64,000 nucleotides of DNA from Bugula neritina (GCA_964035545.1 OZ037767.1:21902628-21966627); one strand, 5' to 3'; counted from the first letter of the stretch, positions 1 through 15,042 are shown. Numbers and translations: made by a program. The notes: generated by a model from the letters alone, not told the origin.

Positions 1-1384
1 TTTTAAAATAGTGTCCAAGATGTTGATAGTTTGTTTGTCTTCAACGCTTATATTTACAGATACATATATTATTAAGAATAATATCATAGAATAATGTAGT
101 TTAGCAGCTTACAGATAATTTTAGAGATTAAATGTGATATCAAATAAGTAACTGCCAAGTCAGAAATTCACTATTGCATTAAATACCAATACTTTTTTGT
201 CGCTAACTTCAAATGCAACCTGTGTTTTATAAACTATGAGGTAAACTTTTATCAAGCTTATTATAAATACAGTACAGTAGACACAAAAGGTTTACTTGGC
301 TTTAGTGCTTTTAATCTAGTTTTTCAATTTATAAATAGTCAACATGAAGGGTCTATATAAGCTGACTGCATGACTGTAGCTATAATGGAATTGCAGTCCT
401 TAACTGTCATTTTTATATTAAACTGTGAACTAAAAATACTAATTAAATGCTAGTAAATGATATAAAAATGGCCAAAAACCAATATATCCGAGTAGCATTT
501 AGGAAAATAATTGAAGCCAACAATTTCTAAAAGTTGAATGTTAAAGGGGTATAATAAGATATTGTGTGTAAGCCTTTTTCTATTGTGCCTAATATTTTCC
601 AAATGTTCTGCAAATAATAAACAAACTGATAAAAAAGTTACAATTAACCTGTTGCATTGAAGCACAAATTAAATAAATAATAAATTTTAGGAATGATATA
701 ATAATTTATAATGATTTTTTCAAATTATATTTAGCAAACATCAGTGTATCCTATATACAAAGTTGACTTTTATTGTAATGTAACAAGCACTGCTACCGCA
801 GGAAAGCTTCAAATAAAACTATTGAGGTCAATGTAACAGTTGGGTGATTATCAATATCTAAACTTCATGCTATAGTCATGTAATTTGACTACCCAACTAA
901 AATAGTGTAAAGCAAGTACAGAAAAATTTCAACAGTATGTTGTTAACTTTGTTCACCATTTCTTATTATTTTCATTGGATTTGTTGTGAATAAAAATTGA
1001 TGTACCATATATATGCTACAGGGTTTCATATTTAGTAGCACAAGCAAGCCGCAAGCATTTCTTATTATATCTTTTATTTTAAAGTTTATGTTGAAGTGAC
1101 AGAAGACAGAAATTTTAGCTATTATACTGTCAGTCAAATAAGATATTCTTATAATGAATAGGTTGCTGTGTACTTTGTTTATGGAGCAACCACAACGAAA
1201 TTGTGATAGATGATCTAGCTCTATAATTGAGGCAGCCTCATAAAGTAATCTCAGGCTAAACAATCACAAGTAGGCAATAGCAACTAGGAACAATATAGCA
1301 ATATATTGTGAGTGAAATTCGTGATATTCTCAGTGATATAATTCTGTATCTGCTAATTTTCTGACTAATGCACCTTCGGAACAA

Positions 1385-1765
<381 letters not shown>

Positions 1766-1841
1766 TAGTATAGTGCATGCATGTCCAAAATACTTTTGGA
1801 TTTCTAAGCTCTCAGTGCACACGTTGTTCAGCCATGACCAA

Positions 1842-2477
1842 TATATCTTAGGATATAATTAATTTTTTGTATTGACAATTGATAAAGAAGCATTCAACTA
1901 CAAAATTGTTCACATGTAAAATGAGAACTTAATTTCTGCGACAAGATATGTGACTAGCACGAAGCAAACGAACTAGTTGTGACTAGAGACTGCTACAATA
2001 GCAAATAATTAGTTAGTATGTTATATATGGGTTATACATCTTGAAACATGCAGTTGCCATACTACGCCATTATTCACTATACAATATTAGGAATGTATCA
2101 TAAATTCTAAATCTCAAAAGCAGGCCATACCAAAATTACTCAACTGGATATTGTTTACTTCGTTACAAACATTACTTTGCGCTATACAATAAAATATACA
2201 TAATTAGAATGATTACCAGCAAAAATCAACAAAACCCCAATACTTATAGTAAACTATAAATCCTTAATGCAACCTTAGGATAATTATCAACCAAGTGTTT
2301 AATGTTTGCAAAGATATCAACTTTATTACTCACCAGTTTTATAGCTGCATAGAGCTACTTGATGCTTATATAGTATTATTTCATCAACTAATAAAAATTT
2401 GTGGAGCTGTATACGTGACATGAAATTATATATTTTATCTTTTTAAAACAGTCAAAGTAATTTAACCTTAACTTAGC

Positions 2478-2478
<1 letters not shown>
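1842..2478 (+). repeat. Direct duplicate of ~27965-28598
   Basis: Long near-identical blocks, e.g. gataaagaagcattcaact...gtatcataaattctaaatctcaaaagcaggccatacc...aacagtcaaagtaa, in both places. Confidence 0.9.
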
Positions 2479-2563
<85 letters not shown>

Positions 2564-2566
<3 letters not shown>

Positions 2567-3899
2567 GTAAGGGGGGGGGCACAACGGTCATAGGGGTACA
2601 AAAAGCCGGCCAAATTGTGAGAGAACTTATTGATTTAGAGTTGTGATTTTTTTTCTTCATAAAAAGGTATTGACATAAATATTCAGCCATTGTAGTTTCA
2701 ACACTTGCGGAACATACGTGTTGAAAAGGCGAGTGAAAAACTGTTTTTACCTACTCTTTGTAAAATTTTTAAGATGCCGTTAAAGCTTTATAACTTTTTT
2801 CACTCAAAGGCAACAAGTCTAGATTTTACTGGTATTGTTGCCATTGCTTGTCTCTACATTGCTTAACTAGTATAACAGCAAACTCTAAAATAGATTTTCC
2901 TTGAGGCACATTTATGTTCAATTTGGCCACACCGGGCACAATGGGCCACGCTGACCGGGGCACAATGGGCCACCTGATTATTGTACCCTGATCACTGTTA
3001 TTAGTTTGTTTGCCCAAAAAGTTGGTTGAAATCTTACTAAAATCTATAGATATAGCCATTTCTGACCTTTTTGTAAAATATCAAAGACATCATGGTAAGA
3101 CTACAAAACTACTTAAGGTGAAGCTCCCCTAATATATACATCTGGTGAGGTTAAAGCTATGCTATTTTATACATAATACAAAACACTCTGGTGTTGCTAC
3201 TAGTAGATAGTTATGATATTCATTATATATTACACCATTGAGGGAATATACATGTATTTGACTAAAATAAATTGTGATTTGCTCATTCGCTCCCCCCTCT
3301 CCCTTCCGTACTCCAGCCACAAACCGAAGCCATGCATGCACCTTAGCTACAGTTCATAGAAAAAAGTCAACTTAGAATTTTGTAGTACATGTTACTAAAG
3401 TTTTTTTTCTGATAAAAGTTCCTCTGAGGTGTAAATAAAAGAAACATTTTTAGTTCTAAACAGTAGTGATAATGACACCATAGAACCGAGTGATATGCAT
3501 TTAATTTTGCCTTCCTCTGCTATCCGTGGTGGCACAAACTGTACAGCTAAAACATGAATTTTGCTTTAGATCTGAAAGAATATTTGTATTTATTTGTAAT
3601 ATTAAATAAATAAAGGTCAGATGTAACAAAATACGCAAAGTTTCAATATGTTTGTTGTGTTCCACTCAGTGGCCCATTGTACCCCGGTACCGGGGCACAA
3701 TGGGCCGATTTTTTCGTCATGAAAATTTCATTATTCTGAAAGTTGTGAGAAAGATAGAAACAACAAACTGATACCTGTAATAGACAACAGATGCAGCATT
3801 AAGACTAGAAATTATTGAACATGTAACTTGAAAATCAGATGAATGAGAGCAAAAAATGCGAAATTCGGCCCGTTGTGCCCCCCCCCGCCCCGTTACCCC
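2564..3899. mobile_element. Non-autonomous DNA transposon inside a (TA)n tract (TA target; Tc1/mariner-pogo-like by inference)
   Basis: Termini GGGGTAAGGGGGGGGGCACAACGG / CCGTTGTGCCCCCCCCCGCCCCGTTACCCC are imperfect inverted repeats flanked by TA; internal GGCACAATGGGCC motifs (~2935, ~2960, ~3670 inverted, ~3694); no transposase ORF. Confidence 0.8.
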
Positions 3900-3964
<65 letters not shown>

Positions 3965-3970
<6 letters not shown>

Positions 3971-4346
3971 AAATTTACGCTTCACTGCAATCAATGGGTT
4001 TATTTATTGAAAGCCATTTCACCAGGTTTGCTAATTAATAAGAGTTTATTTACTACTAATGACACACGCATAAAATGAATAAAACTACTAACACAAAATG
4101 TTACATAAAAGAGAGCTAACAGTACACAACTTTACACTAGCATTATCAAGTCCTCTTTGCCGGCTACGCTGCCTAACTAGCTTCCACTACACGTTTGTAG
4201 CTCCCCCTACTAACTAATTGTTAGTCCTGTTTCATTGGCCGATACGGTGGTGCCATCCTGGTGACATGATGCTGGCTGCATCATGTAACTGCCCGAGTGA
4301 GAAGTATCCTTTCGATATAACTAATTCATTATTAAAAACCTTTACA
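3965..4346 (-). repeat. 3' LTR of Gypsy element 1
   Basis: Direct repeat of 8953-9333; adjacent polypurine tract (minus strand ATAGGAAGGGAGGA). Confidence 0.93.
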
Positions 4347-7300
4347 TCCTCCCTTCCTATCGAAAGGTACCTTCGTCAATTGCTAGTATAAAAATTGAAA
4401 AATGTACAAAATGATAATAAAAAATATAGTGACAGCAAGACTATAACACAGCAATAAGCATATAACACACACAATCTATTTACACCATCACCGGGAAGTA
4501 AGTACAAATATTGTCAGTCCGAATAAGGGATCACCTCAATCACGCAATAAGGACCCACGAACTTCGGCTGCAACTTAGCCACCTGTCCGCGCCGTCGGCG
4601 ATGACTGGTCATCCAGACCAAGTCTCTCACCTTGTACAAGGATGGGTCGTCAGGGTCACCACTCCTGACCTGCCTCTGCTGCTCACGTAGCACCTCCTGA
4701 GCCGTCCTCATGCGTTTCACGAGCTCGTCCACATAATCATGGACGCTGCTTTCTGGAGCCGTAACGTGGTAAGTCACGTGCTCAGGAACCCTTGTTTCTC
4801 TCCCCAGCATGAGAAAATTAGGGGTCTCCAGTGTACTGGAGTGAGGTGTACTACGGTAAGCTCACATGATTTGCGGCAGTACCAAGTCCCACTCTTCCTG
4901 GCTCTTACCGATAAGCAGGCTTCTCAGTGAGTCCCCTAGCATTCGGTTGTTCCTTTCCACAACCCATTCCCTTGCGGGTGATACGGGGTCGTTCGACTCT
5001 GGTTTACCCCCACGTTTTACAGAGATCGCTAATAAGTTGCGACTAAAACTGGGCGCCTTGATCAGAGTGTATTTGTTCCGGCAAGCCGAAATAACAGAAC
5101 ACCTGCTGATCTAAGGCTCTGGCCACCGTGGGGACAGACGCATCTGGAATAGCCAGCGCATCAGCCCACCGCGTGAAGTGGTCAGTTAACACCAGTATCC
5201 AGTTATTACCCCTCACTGTCGTGGGCATGGGGCGTACCAGATCTACAGCGACTACCTGCTACAGACGACCGGCATGGAGGCGGCGCCTCCCTGCGGTCTC
5301 AGTAAAGCGGCCATGCTTGCTAGCTTGGCATATCTCGCAGTCGGAGTCGGACATCCCAGGTCATACCGGGCCAAAACCACTGAAGTTGAAGACACATATT
5401 CACCCGCCCCGCTCCTGCATGAGCCTGCTTATGGGTGTCCCAGATCAACTCCCGCCTCAGAGCAGACGAACAGACTACCCTCTCTCATTCACAGCGATTG
5501 GTGCCGGCTGCTAACGTTATCGCTAACAGCCCATCGCCATTAAACCGGAGGGAGTCCCAGTGGTCACAGAAATATTTAAACTCTGCACACTTGACCCGCT
5601 GTTCGGCCTCACCAGGCCGCCGTCCCTCCTTTTTGGCCCGGACTAAGTCAGCTACTACCCCTGGTAACGTAGCTGGAAGTTGACACAGCTCCTTGACATT
5701 CCTGAGCAGCGTGGGGTTTGCATGAAGGTTGTTAACAGCTTTCTAGGGGCTTCGGCCAAAGTTGTCCTTCCTCCCAGCTGTACATACTTGCTTTCCCCAC
5801 CTGTTCTTCAATGTCCGAGCGAGGGGGTCCACCATCCCTACGCTCAATAATTTGGCATTGTTTACACCCATCTGCCTGGCGGCGGCTCAGTCCGTCGGCA
5901 TTACCGTGTTTCTTACCGGGTCGGTGTTCGATCCGATAAGAAAACTCTGCCAGGGTTTCCAGCCAGCGCGCTACTTGGCTAGATGGCTCAGCCCGTCGAC
6001 ACAGCCATATCAAAGACGCATCATCCGTTCGTAATCTGAACCTGCGTCCATACAGGTATGGTCTAAAGTGTTTCACCGCCTTGACTACTGCCAGGAGCTC
6101 CCTCTTGGTGGTACAGTAGTTCTTCTCAGGCGCCGACAGAGCCTTACTATAGTAAGCTACCACCACCTTGCGGCCATTTTGGACCTGAGACAGCACAGCC
6201 CCCACATTGTGGTTACTGGCATCAGTATCCAAAATGTACTCCTTTGCTGGATCAGGGTACGTCAAGATGGGCGCCTCCACCAAGCAATCCTTAAGGTGGT
6301 CAAATGCTTGCTGTTTTGTTTGTGTCCACTGCCATTGCACCCCCTTTGCTGTCAGCCGGTTTAGTGGCTGCGCAACTCCTGCGAAGTCCGGTATGTACTG
6401 ACGATAGTACCCTACCAGCCCCAGGAACGCCCACAATTCAGGGAGGTCGACAGGGACAGCCCAGTTCCTCTCAGGCCGTACCTTCTCGGGGTCGGTGGCG
6501 ACCCCGTCTCAACCAACTACATGGCCCAGGTACTTAAACTTTTGCTGCAACAATGTGCACTTAGAGGGCTTGAGCTTCAGACCAGCAGTTTGAAGTCTGT
6601 CAAACACCTCTCTGAGCCAACTGACATGAGTGTCGAAGTCGGGGAGATGACAATAACATCATCAAGATAGATGAGCATGGTCTTCCAGTGTAGCCCACTC
6701 AGGACCTGCTCCATGAGTCGCTGGAAGGTGGCCGGTGCAGACGTAAGTCCGAATAGCAACACCTTCCATTTCCAGAGCCCATCCCGAGTAGTAAACGCGG
6801 CCTTGTTCTGTGCATCAGGACTTAGGAGCACATGCCAATACCCGCTTAGCAAGTCCAACGTACTGAAGAACTTGCTACCAGCTAAGGCATCTAGCGACTC
6901 ATCGATTCTAGGAAGAGGGTAAGCATCCTGGATGGTCACGCTGTTCAGTTTGCGATAATCCACGCAAATTCTCCAGCTCCAATCATTTTTCTGAACCAGG
7001 ACAACTGGAGAGCTCGAAGCACCATGGGCTGGCTCAATCAGGTCTCGGCTCAGAAAGCCATGCACCTTTCTGCCCACTTCCTTTTCCTTCTCAGGACCTA
7101 ACTAGCGAGTCGGCTGCCTGAAAGGCACCGTTTCAGCCGCCAGGGGTATCTGATGACAGACAGCCTTCGCCAGGCCCATGTCATGATCGCCGCAACTGAA
7201 CACATCCTTGTACTCAGAGGGTAGCCGCGCCACTACCAGGCGTTCCCGCTTGCTCTCACAGCCATCACAGGCATCCCAGTACAACTCTACCAAGTGTTCA

Positions 7301-8933
7301 GGCACCAGCCCCCTGCCGTCCCTAGTGGGTACCCGTCGAGCCTCATCCGCTGTTTCAAGGGCCGGCCCGACATTCTCCTCCTGTATGGAGTGGAATTTCT
7401 CCACTAGTGACCCAGCCGGCACTTCTACCGCCTTCGTAAAAGGATTCACACACTGGACCAGGAACTCCCCCCGCGCATCCAGTCTATTCAGACTGTTAGC
7501 GAGCTGGACGCCCCCCAGTGCACCTTCTACCACTCCCAAATCGGAGATTTCCCTACAGTTCACTCTGCAGTGAACTGTATCACGGGAGCGCCCAGGTACA
7601 GTACAGTGCTGTACCACCTGCACTCCCCCCCACCAAAGGTCGGCCAAATCCGTCGACACAGGCCAGCTCACCCCCGCCATCACCACCGCCGACTTATTAA
7701 AATCCATGTGGCACCTATGTCCCTTCAGAAATGGCATGCCCAAGATGGCGTCCTCCTTGAGTTGACTGACGATGAAGGTCTCACTGATCGTCTGATCACG
7801 GACTCTACCAGTAAACTCTATCACGCCATAAAAAGCAATACATGACTCATCTGTCAACGTGCCTTGTTCCCCTTCATGTGGCTCCAGGCTAGCCCGGTCC
7901 CTAGCACTGAGTGTGTCAAACAGATGCCGGCTCAGAAGATTTGTGGTACACCCAGTATTTAATAGAAAGGTGGCAGCTTTTCCGGCAAGTTTACCGGGGA
8001 GGAAATAACTGCTCCCATATGACTGGGCGCTCACTGAGCGATTCGTCTCTAGAGGTGACACCTCGTGTGCACGGAGTTGGGAATGCACCTGTGCTTTTCG
8101 GTTGCGAGGGGGTCGTCGACGTTGCGTGGGCAAGCAGGTCACATCTGGTGGGTTGCTCTACTGTCGACTGTTCGCGTAGTTGCCTGATCTCGGCTAACAG
8201 CTCTCGAACCAAGCTTGTGGTCAAGCTAGTCGGCTCGTTGGCTGCCGCCGTGGCGACATGTAGAGTACTCTTGGCCAACAACGTCGACGTTGATACGTCG
8301 TCGTCGGCCTCGACTTGCTGTACTGTCGCCCCAGGCCGGCACGCACTGTCGGCTTGGAAAAAAGCATTCCCAAATCTGAGAGCTCGCTTCATAGTCTTGA
8401 CCTCAGCTACCAGCAGGTGTTGCTTCAGCCCTAGGTTGTTGATAGACTGGAGGAAAGCATCTAGTGCCAGACTCTGTCGACCATTTGCAGGCAAGTCACC
8501 ATAGGCGACTTGTGCTAGCCGCTCAACTACGGTAGCGTGCTCCCTCAAGGTAGTCTTAGAGTTTTTCCTAAGCCCTTGGAGCTGCACATGAGCATCTCGG
8601 GCAGTAAGCCCAAACCGAGCTCTTAACGCCTCAAAGATGTCGCCGACGTCTTGACCAATCCCATAGGGTTTGGCCGGCCCCGTCAGGCACAACCGTAGCT
8701 AAATCAGAGTAACCCAAGCAGGCCATCAACAAATGGCTGCCACATCACTGAACTCAATGATAAATTGCTCCACATCTTCTTTTCCTAAGAAGATGAGAGC
8801 TCGCAAGTGATACCTGTCCATAGGCAGCGCTGGGCCGCCTATGCCGTCCTCCATAGCTACTGGTTCTTGAAGAGGTAAATCCTCTTCGTCGGCCATCTTT
8901 TACTCACTAGCTAGGAGCGTTTACAATAAATAA

Positions 8934-8951
8934 ATCCCACGGCTGCCACCA
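8934..8951 (-). promoter_or_regulatory. Primer binding site (tRNA-Leu)
   Basis: TGGTGGCAGCCGTGGGAT, 17/18 complementary to the 3' end of eukaryotic tRNA-Leu (...AUCCCACCGCUGCCA-CCA). Confidence 0.85.
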
Positions 8952-8952
8952 C

Positions 8953-9333
8953 TGTTGAAAATGTATGCTTTACTGCAATCAATGAGTTTATTTAATGAAA
9001 GCCACTTCGCCAGGTTTACTAATTGATAAAAGTTTATTTACTGCAAATTACACACACATAAAAGAATTACACTACTAACGCAAACTGTTGCATAATAGAG
9101 AGCTAACAGTACACAACTTTGCACTAGCATTATTAAATCCTCTCTGCCCTCTACGCTGCCTAACTAGCTTCCACAACGTGTTTGTGGCTGCGCCTACTAA
9201 TTAATTGTTAGTCCTGTTTCACTGGCCGATACGGTGGTGCCATCCTGATGGCATGATGCTGGCTGCATCATGCAACTGCCCGAGTGAGAAGTATTCTTTC
9301 GATATAACTAATGCACTACTAAAAATCCTTACA
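8953..9333 (-). repeat. 5' LTR of Gypsy element 1
   Basis: Direct repeat of 3965-4346; followed on the minus strand by the PBS. Confidence 0.93.
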
Positions 9334-12268
9334 ATATAATTAATACATTATTAAAAACTTTTACAATATTTATCGTTGAAAGCTTTAAATCACGTCAACT
9401 TATTAGACTAAATTAAAGTAACCCCAAACCCTAAACTTGGCTGAAATATAAACAACCCACTCTGAACAAGAGTACATGTCTGTAGCATGTATATAGTATT
9501 GATAGGCATCTAGCTTATAAGTTGAGTTTAAAGGAATAAGAACGTTTGCTGTGTATGTGTTAGGACGAACTGCTATTCAGTTTAAAATTTAATTTTTGTC
9601 AAAAGAATGCAGCTGAAGTTGGACTACCATGAGTGAAATTTTCTTTCTTAAAATGTTTTAAAGAGAATTGTTAGAGATCGAGTGCTTCTTACTAAAAATT
9701 ACAAAGTGGCTATAATAGATGAGCAAGGCAGGAAGAAGTGTCAGTGGTCTAATGCAAGGGACGAAAATGTGATACATATATAACTGAGTGAATTAGAATG
9801 TTGTTACATTTGAATATATTGAATATATGTAAGTATGGCTATAACCATCTACCACGAGTCTTTTTCAGACACATAAGAATGAATGAAAATTCATAATAAA
9901 GATAATTAAAAAATGGCTGGTTGAACTGTGTGGAAGCAGACCTGTTTTAGCTTGGAAGTGTTCAACAGTAATTCTCTCGCAGCTGATGTAATATTTGACA
10001 AAGTGAAAACTGATTGTCTTGATAAACTGGCTAAGGTGACTCTTAGACCTAGCACTTGGCCACCGAGGGCTATAGGTCAAGTCGGAATCAAACTTAGTAT
10101 TGTTGTAGTTTTATACAGCTAACTACGGCATTCACGGTATATGTTTGCCTATGAGAAGCTAAAACATAACCCTTTGCATTCATCCAAGAGAGAAAACTAC
10201 GTGTATTTTGAGAATGACAATTATATTTACAGACTTAGCCTTAGAGAAAAGACATCAAAGTAAAACAACAGTACAAGACCAGAACCATATAACATGAGTA
10301 GCAATATGTTAACTAAATGTCACTGAGCATATGCACTGCTTACATAAGAGCTGAATCTTAGTTCTGGTCTCCCTGCAGATGACCACCTGCAGAAGAGGCG
10401 TCATGTCTCCTAAAAGAGTTTTCGAAGTCTCAGAATGCCATCATACAGCACGCATGTGAGCGTCATAGTTAAAAAAAGAAAGTGTAGCTAGTGCACTTGT
10501 AGTACAGTCAGTTGAGTAGACTACGGTCCATATTGTGACAAAAGTAGGGAGTAGCATGAGGTATACCACAGCCATTGCAGTATTCCCTTTACAAGCATCT
10601 AAAGATTACCTATTTTTTGTGGCTCAACTTAAAAAATTCGAATTAAAATTTCATCCAATAATTTGTTTCATTTTTATTGTAGCATTCAAATTTTCCTCAA
10701 GCACTGAGACAACTTTTGTATTTTCTCAAACTGACCAAGTCATACTAACAATAGCTTACAATGTAGGGATAGTTACTCCATCCAATAATGTCTTGCTATG
10801 CAAACAGTTCAGCTTGAGTGTCATACTCTATATGCATGGAGAAGTGATGCAAGCAGGAAAACTTAAAAATGGTTTATAGTATTTGATACTAAAATCATTA
10901 TGCTGTTGCTGCACTTACGTTATAAAAGTAGTGTTACCATGTATGCTTACACTAAGCCGATGCTCACTGAGATCAGTGTGTTGGTTTAATATGTTGCAAA
11001 CATTATATTTTTTTATAGAAAGCACAGCTGTAAGGTATAATAAAAAGCAGTTGCAAAATGCTAGCATATAATACAGCTCACAAAATACTCTACACACTAT
11101 ACACTAATTCCTTAATTTGAACAAAGGGATTTTTAAATGCTGTAAGATAAAAGTTTGTGAAAACATGGAGCAAAAAAATTGCTTTTTATCCACAATAAAC
11201 AGTATAATTAATATTTACAAACATGTGCTACTAATTTATTCAGCAAAAGGGTCTTCATGGTCATAATATATCCACCTGGCAATATTGGCAAATGTGTTCT
11301 GGATGGTCCTTATACTTGTGGGGTTGTAGTCGATTGTGTCGTTGTTTACATAGTGTTTGTGTCTATAGAGCACATGCAGAAAATTCCACTTGCTACGGGT
11401 GTCTGCTACACTGTGATTGGATGAATAAATCCAATACATTATTGCTAAAATATATATTAAGTGATTTCACATACTACAATTGCTAGTAATTGTTCATATA
11501 GAAATTACTGTACTATAGTATTATATTCATTATAATAATCTTAGATGCTACAATAAATATTCCTTTATTATAAGATATCTTAAGAAATAATACAAAATAT
11601 GGCATAGGAGAGTGTGTAATATGTAGTAGAGTATGATAAACATCTGGTCCATTATGAAAGAGTATAGTGCAGTGAGTTATAGAGTATAGTATTATAGCCT
11701 ACAGTCTAGCCGCTAGTGTGTGGTATATAGCAAAATATAGTACAGCTCGTAGTATATATACCAATATAGAACAGTCAATAGCGTGGCAGGTAAAGTAGTA
11801 TAAAGTCTAGTATACTGTAATGTCACTATAGCCAAATGCAAAATGTACAGCAAAATGTATTTTATGTGGCCTACAAGAATGTACTCCCTCATCAGCCATC
11901 ACTGCTATTCCTGGATACTGATCTAAGAGGGCATACTGCGGCAATTCTCCAGCATTGAAGTACCACGAGTCCTTTTGATAATCTAATTTGTACAGCTCTT
12001 CAATGAGCTTATAGTAGACACAGTCTGTCGTGCCCATTAACACCATGCTACCTATATAACATAATAGTATGATAATAAGTGTATACTAATAATATACTAC
12101 ATGATTAATCCAGTCTAGCTACCTACACTTTCACTCCTCAAATATTTGGTTAATTTGAATGTAGTTTTGGAGGTGATGATATACCCTCAAACCAGCAAAT
12201 TTACAACACATTTGCTCATTTTTTTTAAAAAGTTTTTAAAAACTCTGTGTAGTGTTGAGTTTACCCAG

Positions 12269-12360
12269 TGGTCCCGTGGTGTAATGATTAGCACACTTGC
12301 TAGCAAGCCGGAGGTCTCGGGTTTGATTCCCAGAGGAGGCAAAATTATTTTACCCTCTGA
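12269..12360 (+). mobile_element. tRNA-derived SINE fragment in GT intron 5
   Basis: A-box-like GTGGTGTAATGA and B-box-like GGTTTGATTCCC; no proper acceptor stem; absent from the inverted paralogous segment near 30460. Confidence 0.6.
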
Positions 12361-12659
12361 GTCATCATTAAAACACATTTTCATTGTAGTGATAAACTAT
12401 TCCTTTAGATCTTGCATGACAAATGTGAACATTATAAATATCTTTCTACAAACATGCGCTGAATTAATTTGGAATTTCTACTCTCTTGTTGATCTGATGT
12501 TTTAGCTCAGAGTTAAAATACAATAAAACTGATTCCAATTAAACAAAGACTTTCACTGTATGTTATTGGTAGCTGCCCTAACACACTAAGCTAAAACAAA
12601 AACTTAAAGCATCGACTACAGAGACCGCTAAATATAAAAATGGTCATCATTATTATCAT

Positions 12660-14560
12660 GGGAGTCTGTCAGTGCGACAATGACTGTTTTCACTCCGGTT
12701 TAATCAGACATCTCTATCTGTTTTTACATTTAGCATTCCTTTGCCAGCTATCTCTGTCTATCTTTTTTATATTCCGCTTTACAATGTCTCTAAATCTCAT
12801 TCTGGGCTTTCTTTGGTTATGTTTACCTTCTTTCAGCTGCGAATAAAAAACTTGTTCAGGTAAACAGCTATGGTTCACTTTCTTGAGATGTCCTAGCTAT
12901 CTCAAGTTCATTTGAATGAGAATAGATTTTAGAGATGATAAATTAGCTTCCTTTAGTACTTCTTGGTTAGTAATCTTGTCTCTCCAAAAGATATTCATGA
13001 TTGAGGGCGAATGTTGCGTGACATATGCTTGCAGTCTGCTTACTTGCACGCTGTATATGTTTCAGGTCTCAGCACCATAAGGCAGCGAGTACCGTAGCAT
13101 GATACAGCTGACACTTGACTTTGATTGAAACATGATGATTAGTTGAACTTTCCATACACTGCACTAGCGCTTCCATTCTCAGAGAAATTTCATTATCTAG
13201 TTTAGCATTGACAGCTACTGTGCTTCCAATGTACTTGAAGGTTTGACACTATTTCAAAGGTTCTCCATTGATGGCTATATGGTGTTTGGCTGAGATGTCC
13301 CACTTTAAAATTTTGGATGCTGATAGAGGCATTCTGTTTTCCTAATGTTATCTTTAAAACTAAAATCTTTTGCAGCATTGGCAAATCTGTTGACTAGAGT
13401 CTATATATTATCAGAATTATGGGCCACTAATGCACTATCATTAGCAAATAGCAAGTCTCTCACTAACTCAATAGTAGCTCCAGTAATTAGACTTGAATTG
13501 AGTAACATCAAAACAGGCACTACATCAAACAGCTTTGCTTCTTTTTTAGTCTTTATGTATACCCCTTCCGAGCTGTTTTTAAAGGCAACCTCAAACATGA
13601 CTGACACGTACAATGAGAAATTGTAGTATCCTAATAATGCACACCAATTTCTAGTGTTTTCTAACAAACAGAACCTGTTTAAAACTTTAAAAATTAAACT
13701 GGTTAAACTCAGAGCTACTCGGGTTTGGGGAACTATTCATGTCTTAGTTTTTTACTTACGTGAATGCCTTAATTGCTTTATTTACATAAATGCCTTAATT
13801 GTTTTATTTACGCAAATGCCTTAGTTACTTTTTTTGTTCTTTTGTGAATCTGATTACGGTCAACACCCCAAAATTTAAAAAGTGATTTAAATCGTGTTGC
13901 CCAGTATTATTGAAATCTATTAGATGCAAATATTTTTAATGCATCCGAGAGTGCTTTTGCATATTTTCATGTTTGAAACATGCATTTGTAAAGACTAGTT
14001 GGTGTTCAGTATATGTCTTGAGAAAAAATTCACCTGCCTGTCCCAAAGTACCCAATGGCATTTCACCATGTATTGCAGTCACTGCCAAGACAAGCATTAA
14101 AACCACCAATTAAAATAACTTTGTCAGAGTTTAGGATGTTTTTAAGTGGCTCATGGAGCTGAGTGTAAAACTGGTTGATTTTGTTTAAACTGTTGGTCAT
14201 AGTGAGTGCATATACCAATGTTACAGTACAGTATCTATTCTGGGTGAGTGGTAACCGGAGTTTTATCATCCTTTTGCTTACTGCAGTTGTAGATTATCCG
14301 GCATTCTTGATATTAAACTGTTCTTCACTTCAACTGGCACACTGTTATCTGAGACTTCAACATTGGGTTTCTCATAGAATTTGAATTTGGCCCTCGTCAA
14401 TCGATTCGAACATGGAACGCAGCTTAAAGAGCCAGCATCGGAAAACCAGGCTTCATTCAGAGCAAATATATCAATGTTGTACATTTCTAGCTCACGTGCC
14501 ACTATTACATTCCTAGGTTCGATTTATCCTTGTTGTTTTGGTCTAGCATTGTCCGGATGT
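12660..14560 (-). mobile_element. Degenerate RTE/BovB-like non-LTR retrotransposon fragments (endonuclease ~14020-14560, RT 3' part ~12660-13625)
   Basis: ORF remnants ARELEMYNIDIFALNE (APE motif), DKVILIGGFNA, LLFANDSAL (FADD-like RT motif). Confidence 0.78.
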
Positions 14561-15042
14561 TCTATGCTGTAAATTTTAGATCTTTGTACTCCTGGACTTT
14601 GTTCCTGGGCGCTCTCCTGCCAGTATGTGTGATTTTTCTCCCTGGAGTTTATGAATTTTCAGGATTTGTCTGACAAACTATTGTCAACCAACACTATGTT
14701 TTGCCAGTGGAAAGTGAAGCTCTCCCCTTCTGATACACTATGCTGAGCTGGGGAGGGTGTTGAGCTGGCGAGGGTGTTTCACGACAAACAGAGAACTGCA
14801 TCAGTCACAGCGACTGGCGCATTATGGAATTTGTCTATCAAGCTCTCACATATTTTCACATGTCTAGGTTTGTTTCCAGGGTTTTTGCCCCTTTGAGCAT
14901 TATACAGTTAGCATGGTTGAAGTCCAGTCACTAATGGTGACCGCACGTAGCTATACAGCTTTGGCTGGTCAGTGAGTCATGCCTCACATCTCTTGGTCTA
15001 TAGATCCAGGTAGCTTCTTAAGCATTTCCATAATTCATTCAC

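Larger units (their letters stand above)
3965..9333 (-). mobile_element. Gypsy/Ty3 LTR retrotransposon 1, decayed (gag-PR-RT-RH-IN)
   Basis: LTRs 3965-4346 and 8953-9333 (TGT...ACA), ATAT flanks, PBS 8934-8951, PPT ~4347-4360; ORF pieces for gag (7991-8692), protease LLNTGC (7102-8142), RT YLDD (6577-7077), RNase H DTDAS (5732-6436), integrase (4514-5228); several frameshifts and stops. Confidence 0.96.

Noticed and set aside
4739-8504. Plus-strand ORFs overlapping Gypsy element 1 (and antisense ORFs in elements 2 and 3)
   Set aside because: Shadow frames of GC-rich gag/pol with no recognisable motifs
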